Assembly: GCA_013177815.1 (NCBI GenBank)
Contig: JABLXM010000001.1
Coordinates: 15,380-79,379, forward strand
Source: Anaerolineae bacterium
GTDB lineage: Bacteria; Chloroflexota; Anaerolineae; Anaerolineales; Anaerolineaceae
Length of the DNA: 64,000 bases
Direction: 5' to 3'
In this document: positions 8,610 through 16,013 of the stretch, in pieces
Numbering within the stretch: position 1 is the stretch's first letter
How the letters are laid out: each line of letters starts with the position of its first letter
The notes under the pieces: model-generated
What the model was told of the DNA's origin: nothing
Databases searched by the model: none
What the model saw: only the letters and a program-made list of their open reading frames with translations
Position numbers and translations under genes: made by a program

Positions 8610-9269
8610 ATGCAGGTTTACAAAATCTTTCCATTACTCCTCTCCTCTTACCTGCTAGGCTCGATTCCGATTGCTTTCATTGTTGCCAGGATGATAAAGG
8701 GCATTGACATCCGTCATTACGGAAGCGGAACGGTCAGCGCGTCGATGGTGTTCGAGCATGTCGACCGCTGGACGATTCTTCCAATAGGGATACTGGACAT
8801 CCTCAAGGTGGCTCTTCCAACCCACCTGGCGCTCCGCTGGGGATTCGGTCAGGGTGGGGCTGCAGCAGCCGGCTTGGCAGCCATGATTGGGCACAACTGG
8901 CCCATCTTTTTGAAATTTACCGGGGGCAGAGGCATCAGTTCCATGTTGGGGATTTTTCTGGTTCTCTTCCCTTGGGGCTGTGTTTGGCTGCTCGCCTTTC
9001 TTGGAATTGGCTATCTTCTGAAAGACTCAGCCCCCTGGGCGCTGGCAAGCATGGTGAGTATGCCGCTGTTAATTGGGTTACTGGGTGGTTCGTGCATCTT
9101 ATATGAACTGGTTGGAGCACTGTTGGTCATCGTGCTCGTCAAACGACTGGAGGCTAATCGTCGTCCTTTACCAGCCGCCGGAGAGGAACGAAGGCGTACC
9201 ATCTGGATGCGATTAATCTACGATCGAGACATGATGGATCACTACGCCTGGATCCATCGCCGCATTTAG
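8610..9269 (+). CDS. plsY: PlsY-like acyl-phosphate:glycerol-3-phosphate acyltransferase (divergent)
   Basis: 219-aa membrane protein with LLGSIPIAFIV, DIRHYGSGTVSASM and IGHNWPIFLKFTGGRGIS, which correspond to PlsY motifs 1-3. Motif 2 deviates from the canonical GSGNxGxTN. Confidence 0.65.
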   Translation: MQVYKIFPLLLSSYLLGSIPIAFIVARMIKGIDIRHYGSGTVSASMVFEHVDRWTILPIGILDILKVALPTHLALRWGFGQGGAAAAGLAAMIGHNWPIFLKFTGGRGISSMLGIFLVLFPWGCVWLLAFLGIGYLLKDSAPWALASMVSMPLLIGLLGGSCILYELVGALLVIVLVKRLEANRRPLPAAGEERRRTIWMRLIYDRDMMDHYAWIHRRI

Positions 9270-9373
9270 AAAGCTGCCGTCTTCTCCCACAAACGAAACA
9301 TCGAAAAATCAAATGGTCTGCCAAGCCAAGTGATTGACCTCCCAGACTAAAACCAAACAATATTTCTACCAAA

Positions 9374-9411
9374 GTGCGGTCTTCTTTGAGTGGAAAACCG
9401 CACCACTTTTT
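9374..9411 (+). terminator. Intrinsic terminator downstream of plsY
   Basis: gtgcggtcttc (9374-9384) pairs with gaaaaccgcac (9394-9404) with 1 mismatch and an 8-9 nt loop, followed by cac + TTTTT (9407-9411). Confidence 0.55.
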
Positions 9412-9448
9412 GTCTAAACTCGAACTTAATGCTTGGGGATTATTTGAC

Positions 9449-9757
9449 CTAATTGTCCCAAACCCCGTATCCCCCCACCACCCGCAGCGCGTTGCCTTGC
9501 GGCGCGCCAGCCAGCAGCGGCATCGCCTCGGCAATCAGCGCCCGCACGCCCGCGTCCTGCAGCGAGGCATCGTGCGTTGCCTGGTCATCCCACATTTCCA
9601 AAACCCACACGGCATCCGCATCGTCCGCGTCCTCCGTGACTGCATACATATGGCAGCCGGGCATGCCGCCCACCATTTGCGCCGCCCGCAGCAGGATCGT
9701 CGCCAGTTCATCCCGCCGACCCGCCTGCGCCATCATTTTTCCCGTCATCGCATACAT
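9449..9757 (-). CDS. ABM-domain (antibiotic biosynthesis monooxygenase-like) protein
   Basis: I chose the internal ATG at 9757 (MYAMTGKMMAQAG) because AGGAG lies upstream. The ~100 aa size and the WVLEMWDDQATHDASL pattern are typical of the ABM/Dabb fold. Confidence 0.6.
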   Translation of the reverse strand: MYAMTGKMMAQAGRRDELATILLRAAQMVGGMPGCHMYAVTEDADDADAVWVLEMWDDQATHDASLQDAGVRALIAEAMPLLAGAPQGNALRVVGGYGVWDN

Positions 9758-9946
9758 GTTCGCTCCTCGCTTACCCGCTCGTTTGAACAGCCAGTGTACC
9801 AGACCCGACCGGTTTCTTCCAGGTGATCTTGCGTCATGGCGCGGCAGCCGCTGCAAGCGTGTGGCGCCGGCATCCCTCGCAAAAAGCCCCGGGAGGCGAT
9901 CCCAGGGCTTCATTTCATATCAAAACCGTATCTATTTTTATCCAGC

Positions 9947-10774
9947 CTATCCGCCGGGCGTGCCCATGATGCCTTGACCACCGGAACCGCCGGGACCACC
10001 TGGTCCACCCATGCCGCCCTGCCCACCGGGACCACCAAATCCGCCCATGCCACCCTCGGTCAACGCCGTCTGGTAGGCTTCCGGCGTCATATATTGCGGC
10101 TGGTACGCCGTGCCGGTTTGCTGTTCATACTGCTGGGCGAAGGCGCCCAGGTGATTGGACGAACCAAACTTCAGGTTTTCGAACACCTGCCGGATATCCG
10201 GCTGGGTCATTTCGGGCATGCGCGCTTCGAGATCCAGGATATCGATCTCCTCAATCGCCCCGCCCACCAGTGTCGCCTGCGCCAGCGACTGGCTGCCCTG
10301 CGCCAGCAGCGAGTCGTACAATGCTTGCAGTTCCGGATTGGTGAACACGCCTGCCTCCGGCGACGCCGGGTCTGCCACTTCATAGCGCGTCAGCAGGGTC
10401 AGCACCGAGTCCATATGGGTCTGTTCGCTGCCCGCGATATTGCGGAAGACCGGCAAACCCCACAGGTCGTACATCGCCAGGTAGACATCCCGTGCCAGTT
10501 TTTCCTCTTCGCGCATGTAGACCAGCGCTTGCTGTTCAGCCTCGGTCAGCGCGCCGGGGGTCACATCTGGCGGGGGCGGCGGCGCTTCCAGCGTGCCGGC
10601 AGGTGATTCCGGCATACCCGAAGGCGCTGCCATTGCCGTGCCAACCACCGCTTCCAACGCAGTTGGATCAACGGTTACCTCGGTCACGTCCGATGCGCTT
10701 GCCGGTGTGCAAGCCGCCAGGCTCACTGCGGCGGTGATGATCAATAACCATCCAACGGTTTTTGTAATTTTCAT
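9947..10774 (-). CDS. DUF2202 (ferritin-like) lipoprotein with glycine-rich C-terminal tail
   Basis: Start MKITKTVGWLLIITAAVSLAAC (lipobox) with AGGAG upstream. The core YMREEEKLARDVY...AGSEQTHMDS...GGAIEEIDILDL matches the DUF2202 di-iron-like helices. The tail is GGMGGFGGPGGQGGMGGPGGPGGSGGQG. Confidence 0.7.
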   Translation of the reverse strand: MKITKTVGWLLIITAAVSLAACTPASASDVTEVTVDPTALEAVVGTAMAAPSGMPESPAGTLEAPPPPPDVTPGALTEAEQQALVYMREEEKLARDVYLAMYDLWGLPVFRNIAGSEQTHMDSVLTLLTRYEVADPASPEAGVFTNPELQALYDSLLAQGSQSLAQATLVGGAIEEIDILDLEARMPEMTQPDIRQVFENLKFGSSNHLGAFAQQYEQQTGTAYQPQYMTPEAYQTALTEGGMGGFGGPGGQGGMGGPGGPGGSGGQGIMGTPGG

Positions 10775-10953
10775 CGAATAGCTCCTTTTTTTTCTGTCGT
10801 TTGACAACTCAAAGGATAACCGCCGGGAGTCAAAAAGCGGTAAAGCTGAGGTTAATTTTTGGTTTAGCAGCTCACGCCCCCGTGAGCGCACCTAAACGGC
10901 TTTGCTTCCAGTTCCCCGTCCCCCGCCCCGCATTTGCTACAATAAGGCTATAC

Positions 10954-11670
10954 ATGCCCGCCAACCTTCGCCGCGCCCTTTTGCTCCTGCCGGCAGCCAT
11001 CCTGCTTGCCGCCCTTTGGGTCGCTCTGTCGCCAGCCGCCTGGCAATTGCATGGGGATCGCCTGCTTGCCGCCAGCCCGGCGGGCGCCACCCCCCACCTG
11101 CTGCCCCAACAAGCCGACCTGGACGGCAACGGCTCTCCGGAGTGTCTGTCGCTCCGGCAGCGCCGGCTGTCCATTCTGGACTGCGCCGGCGGGGAAACGC
11201 AGTGGCAGTCGCCGGCAGGTTGGCGTGTCTGGCAAGCCGGCGTTGGCGATCTCAACCGCGATGGGCAGCCCGAAGCCGTCCTGCTGGTCTGGCGTCCCTT
11301 CCAGCCCTGGTCAGTCGACCGCGTCATGCCGCACGGCGGGCGCATCGATTCCCATCAGAATTTTTGGAGGCAGTCCTGCCATGTCATCCTGATCGGCTTT
11401 GGTGGGGGGCGCTGGCGCGAGCTGTGGGCTGGCTCTGCCCTGGCGCGCCCGTTGCTGGCGTTCGCAGCCGCAGACCTGGATGGCGACGGCTGGCAGGAAC
11501 TGGCGGTCCTGGAGACGGACTATCGCCTGTTGCAGGTGCCGCCTGCCGCCGGGCTGGCGGTGTGGGAATGGAACGGCTTCGGCTTCGACCTGGTCACCCG
11601 CCGCCCGGGGGTTTACTTCGACCTGCGGGTGCTGCAGGCGGATGGATCTTACCTACTGGAAACGCACTGA
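10954..11670 (+). CDS. Secreted/membrane-anchored FG-GAP/VCBS-like repeat protein
   Basis: Start MPANLRRALLLLPAAILLAAL. It has three DxDxDG-type motifs (DLDGNGSPE, GDLNRDGQPE, ADLDGDGWQE). Confidence 0.5.
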   Translation: MPANLRRALLLLPAAILLAALWVALSPAAWQLHGDRLLAASPAGATPHLLPQQADLDGNGSPECLSLRQRRLSILDCAGGETQWQSPAGWRVWQAGVGDLNRDGQPEAVLLVWRPFQPWSVDRVMPHGGRIDSHQNFWRQSCHVILIGFGGGRWRELWAGSALARPLLAFAAADLDGDGWQELAVLETDYRLLQVPPAAGLAVWEWNGFGFDLVTRRPGVYFDLRVLQADGSYLLETH

Positions 11671-11673
11671 ACC

Positions 11674-11752
11674 ATGAACCCACCAACACGCCATACGTAT
11701 CCATGAGTACGATTACACGCTGCCCGGTGCGTACTTCATCACCACGAACGGC
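11674..11752 (+). mobile_element. Relic of an IS200-like/Y1 (RAYT-like) transposase N-terminus
   Basis: Reading from 11690 gives AIRIHEYDYTLPGAYFITTNG. This matches the conserved N-terminal (R)SIRL-x-x-YDY-x-x-(P)GAYF(V/I)T motif of IS200-like transposases. The nearby ATG (11674) is in another frame and the similarity ends after about 25 aa. Confidence 0.35.
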
Positions 11753-12125
11753 GTAATACGGCTAATATCGTCATCGCTGTGATCCAGGCGGGTTAGCGTG
11801 CTCATATAGAAGCAACGTGCTGTTTCTTCACAGATATGCTTGGCGGGTGTTTAGCCCATAGCGCATAAATGCGCTGCGAGCGCCCCCAGTTCCAGCAGCG
11901 CTTCTTTTCTTTCCTCATTGACCATGCGCATATATCGGTACAACCGTGTTTGCAACGGGTACAGGAATATCGTACTGTGCCTGGAAAAGTTGAACATTTT
12001 GGGGCTGGTGTTCGTCATAACCGGTCTTATTATCGCACACGCTTCGTCCGGGTCGGTCTAAAGCGCATGAGAACGAAATTATATTGTACGCAATTCTGAC
12101 ACAGGCAATCGAAACCTGCCCGCGC

Positions 12126-13523
12126 TCAATCCCCCAAGCCAGCCGCGGCAAAGGTGATCACCATGGTGGTGCCTTGCCCCTTGCCGCTCGATTCTGCTGC
12201 AATGAGTCCGCCTTGCGCCATCACCAGCGCCTTGCAGATCGCCAATCCCAGCCCCATCTTGCCGGAATTGGTCCCGCGTGCGCCATCCGCACGGTAGAAG
12301 CGGTCGAACACGTATGGCAGGTCCTCCGGGTCGATGCCCGAACCACTATCGCTGACGCGCAACGCCACCTGCTTCCCAGCCGCCACACTCAGGCGGATCG
12401 TCCCGCCTTGCGGCGTATAACGCAGCGCATTTTCCACCAGGTTCTTCAAGACCTGCAACATGCGCCCCTCGTCCACCAGGATGGCTGTTTTCCCCTCAGA
12501 GGCATCCAGCACAAGCGTCACCCCCCGCTGCGCCGCAATCGGCTGATAGACATCGTGCACGCGCTTCATCAATGCCATTGGGTCGGTGCGGTAAAGCTGG
12601 ATCTCCAAACCGCCCGCCTCCACCTGGGTCAGCGTGGTCATATCGCCCACCAAGCGGCGCAGGTGTTCGATCTCGGTCTTGATGGTTTCGAGGCGCTGCG
12701 GCGTCAGAGTCAGTTCGCCATCCTCCAGCATCTCCACGTAGCCGGAGATGATCTGCAATGGCGTGCTCAAGTCGTGGGTGATATCCGCCGTCATACGCTT
12801 GCGCTGCTGGTCTGCCCTAGCCAGGTCGGCGCTCATCTGGTTGAAAGTGTGCGTGAGCTGCCCCAGTTCATCCTGCGATGTGATCGGCACCTGCTGTTGC
12901 AAGTCGCCACGCGCCAACGCCTGCGAGGCTTCGGTCAATCGGCGGATCGGCTTGAGCAAGCCATTTGCCAGCAAAAAGCCCATCACCACCGCCACAAAAA
13001 CGCCTAACAGCGCCGCCAATGTGGTTGCCAGCGCGGAACGTTCCAGAAAGAGTTGCTCTTCGGCACTGAGCTTGAATTGAAACTGCCTATCCGGCAGTAT
13101 CCATGCCACGGTCTTGCCATCGACCTCCACTGCCACCGGGTTGAGGATGCGCTCCGGCGGCACCATTTCGCCGATGTCGTAGCCAAAGGTTGGGATCAAT
13201 GCCCGATACTTGGTATCCACCAGCCCATGCAGACCGCGGATATTGCCTTTGTCGAACGGGTTATCCCCACCATTCTCGGGCGGAGACGAGCCCGGCTCCG
13301 GTCTCGATGAACTCAGCCAATAATCGAAAAAGCCCGTCATGCTGCCGTTGGCGACGTAGTAAGTTTGGGCAGCCTCCTTCAACATTGCGGTTTGCTGTTC
13401 CACCACCAGGTTCATCAACGACTGCCCCGAAGTCAAGCGGATGAGCACCGAAACGACCAACACGGTGATCAACGCCACCACCAGGTAAGAAAGGATCATC
13501 TTGCTCTTGAGCGAGCGCTTCAC
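12126..13523 (-). CDS. Sensor histidine kinase (TM-HAMP-HisKA-HATPase_c)
   Basis: 465 aa with H-box MTADITHDLSTPLQ, N/G boxes (LKNLVENALRY, DSGSGI, GLGLAICK) and two TM segments flanking a periplasmic loop. Confidence 0.9.
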   Translation of the reverse strand: MKRSLKSKMILSYLVVALITVLVVSVLIRLTSGQSLMNLVVEQQTAMLKEAAQTYYVANGSMTGFFDYWLSSSRPEPGSSPPENGGDNPFDKGNIRGLHGLVDTKYRALIPTFGYDIGEMVPPERILNPVAVEVDGKTVAWILPDRQFQFKLSAEEQLFLERSALATTLAALLGVFVAVVMGFLLANGLLKPIRRLTEASQALARGDLQQQVPITSQDELGQLTHTFNQMSADLARADQQRKRMTADITHDLSTPLQIISGYVEMLEDGELTLTPQRLETIKTEIEHLRRLVGDMTTLTQVEAGGLEIQLYRTDPMALMKRVHDVYQPIAAQRGVTLVLDASEGKTAILVDEGRMLQVLKNLVENALRYTPQGGTIRLSVAAGKQVALRVSDSGSGIDPEDLPYVFDRFYRADGARGTNSGKMGLGLAICKALVMAQGGLIAAESSGKGQGTTMVITFAAAGLGD

Positions 13524-14209
13524 TCCGTCGCCTCCATGAAGCGATAACCGATTCCAAACACGGTTTCGATGTAGCGCGGTTCATCCAGGGTATCGCCCAG
13601 TTTTTGGCGCAAATTGCGGATGTGGATCTTCAGCGTTACTTCAGAGCCGGTGTAGCCATTTTCCATCAGACCGATCGCCAGTTCAGCCCGCCGCACCACT
13701 TGCCCGGATGCGCGCATCAACATGTACAGGATCTGGAACTCCAACGGGGTGACATCGATATTCTCGCCATCCTTCTTGACAGAATGCTTGGCTTGGTCCA
13801 ACGCAATCCCGTTGATTTCCAGTACCGGTTGGGGTTCCCCGTTCGGCGCAGCGCGGCGCAGCACCGCCCGCATGCGCACCAGCAGTTCACGCAGCCGAAA
13901 CGGCTTGGTGATGTAATCATCGGCGCCCAGTTCGAAGCCGCGGATGATGTCCGCCTCCTGCTGTTTCGCCGTGATCATAATGACCGGCACATCCGATGAC
14001 TTCCGCAACTGGCTGATGAACTGATAGCCATCCATGCACGGCATCATGATATCCAGCAAGATCAGGTCAGGTTTGTAGGCTTCCACAGCCTGCAACGCCT
14101 CGCGTCCATCGGATGCCGCCTGCACCTCGAACTCCTGACTGCTCAAAAAATCGCCGATCATGAGCTGCACGTTTCTCGTATCATCCACCACCAGTACCTT
14201 GCGCGCCAT
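13520..14209 (-). CDS. OmpR/PhoB-family response regulator
   Basis: 229 aa with a receiver domain (LILLDIMMP, ...ITAK) and a winged-helix output (LEFQILYMLM...VFGIGYRF). It overlaps the kinase by 4 nt. Confidence 0.9.
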   Translation of the reverse strand: MARKVLVVDDTRNVQLMIGDFLSSQEFEVQAASDGREALQAVEAYKPDLILLDIMMPCMDGYQFISQLRKSSDVPVIMITAKQQEADIIRGFELGADDYITKPFRLRELLVRMRAVLRRAAPNGEPQPVLEINGIALDQAKHSVKKDGENIDVTPLEFQILYMLMRASGQVVRRAELAIGLMENGYTGSEVTLKIHIRNLRQKLGDTLDEPRYIETVFGIGYRFMEATE

Positions 14210-14240
14210 AACAGAATTATGGCCGTCCTTTCACCGGCTT

Positions 14241-14275
14241 GTTGCGTTCCCCCCAAAAAGAAGGGGGAACGCAAC
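14241..14275 (-). other. Perfect 13-bp stem-loop between DUF4956 gene and response regulator
   Basis: gttgcgttccccc (14241-14253) and gggggaacgcaac (14263-14275) with a 9-nt loop. There is no U tract on either strand. Confidence 0.5.
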
Positions 14276-14329
14276 CTGATGACGCCCAACCTCGCGCGCC
14301 GCCATCATCCGCAAATTTGCCAGCCGGCA

Positions 14330-14971
14330 TCAACCGTCCACGCTCTCATCCGGGTACAACAGCACCGGCGACGCCTCTTGGTTGAGCCAACTTTCCTGTT
14401 CGATATCATCATAGTACACCATCAATTCAGCCGTATCGCGCAAGAAATTGACCTTGCCGATCGCGACGCGTTTGACCTTCAAGCCGGTGCGCTGTTCCAG
14501 GTCGGCATACAACTCTGCCCGGCGCTCCGGTCGGATCAATTCGATCTTCTCGTACACGATGCGCTTGGAGGTCTCATACTTGAAACCCCATTCCTTTTCG
14601 AGGACAAAAATGATCGTCAGGATCGCCAGGTTGGCAATGATGAGCTGTATCCATAGGTCACCGCTCGAACTGGCGGAATTCATGACCGGCAGCGCCGAAA
14701 TGATAAACAGGTAAGTCATCTCGCGCACCGGCACAGGATCGGTGCGATAACGCAGGATGGTGAAGATGGCGAACAAACCAAAACCGACCCCCATGCCAAT
14801 CTCGACGCTGGTCAAAAAGCTCAACACGAAGAAGATCACCGAGTTGAACGCCAGAAAGGTGAACACATAGCGTTTGTTATGCGTGGCAGGATAGTAAATG
14901 AACCGCACCAGCACGAACGCCACCACAAAATTGAAAGCAAAACTCAGCAACAGCGTAACGATATCACCCAC
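14330..14971 (-). CDS. DUF4956 domain membrane protein
   Basis: 213 aa. The N-terminal TM bundle FNFVVAFVLVRFIYYP...RYRT is characteristic of DUF4956. It overlaps the upstream VTC gene by 8 nt. Confidence 0.7.
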   Translation of the reverse strand: MGDIVTLLLSFAFNFVVAFVLVRFIYYPATHNKRYVFTFLAFNSVIFFVLSFLTSVEIGMGVGFGLFAIFTILRYRTDPVPVREMTYLFIISALPVMNSASSSGDLWIQLIIANLAILTIIFVLEKEWGFKYETSKRIVYEKIELIRPERRAELYADLEQRTGLKVKRVAIGKVNFLRDTAELMVYYDDIEQESWLNQEASPVLLYPDESVDG

Positions 14972-15824
14972 GGTTCACCTCATTCCCCATCTTTTCGAGC
15001 TTCATGATCTCGGCTTTCAGCCGGTTCTTCTTCACATTGTGGTACAGTAACGAGACACCAATACAATACTTGCTGAAACTTTGCGGTTGCATCCTTTCAG
15101 CCCGCATGGCAGACATAAAAGGCGATGCCGTGTTGCGACCATCGGCTTTCATCTCCACCACTGCAATGCCATCCAACCGTATCTGGGCATCCGCTTTGGC
15201 AAAGGTAAGATTCGTATCGACCGTCACCCGTTCGGTAAATTCTCGGTTCACCAACGTGATGCGCGTGAAGGTGTTCCACATTTTGGGCTCCAGCGTGCCA
15301 ACTTCAAAGGGATAAACGGCTCGCAACCAGCGTCGAACGTCGCCGCTCATCCAGACAGCCGTCCCCGCTGTGGGAATGCGGCTCTTGACGGTGCGATCCT
15401 TGACGGTCCTGTGTTTCACCTCCAGGAAAACATCACGCGTCTCCAGGTACTCTCGGCTGCGCACCTTGTAGCGTTCCGCGCGCCCGTTGACATGCAAGGT
15501 GAACAATTCGAAATTCGGCGTATCGAAATACAGTGTGCGGTAACGGCTTAGACGGTTGCCTTGCACAGAGAGAATACGATAGTGCGCTTGCAGCCCTGCC
15601 ACCACCCACAACATCTTATCGACCGGCAATACAAATTTGGTATCCACGCGGTCGAGCAGCGCCGCCGCATCCATATCCCTCAGGCTGATAAGTGGAAAGC
15701 CCGCTGCAACAGCCTTCAACCGGTACTGTGTCCACTGCCAACGGCTGTCTGCCGCCGGCGAATGTGCCTGGTTCCACAAGTCATTTCCCATTGTTTGGGT
15801 AGATAGTACCGTTTCTTTGTTCAA
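14964..15824 (-). CDS. VTC-domain (CYTH-like, polyphosphate polymerase domain) protein
   Basis: 286 aa. Its size, charged beta-barrel-like pattern (RYKVRSREY..EVKHR..) and invariant partnership with DUF4956 point to the bacterial VTC-domain family. Confidence 0.65.
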   Translation of the reverse strand: MNKETVLSTQTMGNDLWNQAHSPAADSRWQWTQYRLKAVAAGFPLISLRDMDAAALLDRVDTKFVLPVDKMLWVVAGLQAHYRILSVQGNRLSRYRTLYFDTPNFELFTLHVNGRAERYKVRSREYLETRDVFLEVKHRTVKDRTVKSRIPTAGTAVWMSGDVRRWLRAVYPFEVGTLEPKMWNTFTRITLVNREFTERVTVDTNLTFAKADAQIRLDGIAVVEMKADGRNTASPFMSAMRAERMQPQSFSKYCIGVSLLYHNVKKNRLKAEIMKLEKMGNEVNRG

Positions 15825-16013
15825 GCTTTACCTCCGCCGGACAAGCATAGATCGGTATCCGTATTACTCTAATCATATCCCGTCAACCTCAGCGGGTGGT
15901 TTATTTTTCGTATACTCCCCGCACCGCCGCGCCCAGCGCTAACCCATTGAAATGCCAACTGCCGCCCGAAAACGTCGGCAGCCGGTCGTTAGGAAACCGG
16001 TGTCGGTATGGTC

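Noticed and set aside
12084-13007. 307-aa plus-strand ORF and other long shadow ORFs (for example 10902-11756, 21466-22104, 39509-40654, 41367-42524, 42804-43775, 43882-45192, 56745-57929, 60821-61768)
   Set aside because: All lie opposite or out of frame within well-supported genes (kinase, FG-GAP-like, CPBP, AOR/ALDH, ADH, FAD oxidoreductase, UbiD, HlyD, membrane protein). Their translations are Arg/Pro/His/Gly-rich and lack motifs.
15825-16013. Possible tRNA or small RNA in this and other longer intergenic regions (29338-29578, 46185-46436, 48509-48756, 62108-62288)
   Set aside because: I could not fold any cloverleaf with conserved GTTC/T-loop and D-loop features by eye, and I recognised no rRNA, tmRNA, RNase P or SRP signature. 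A covariance-model scan (tRNAscan-SE, Infernal) would be needed to exclude them properly.
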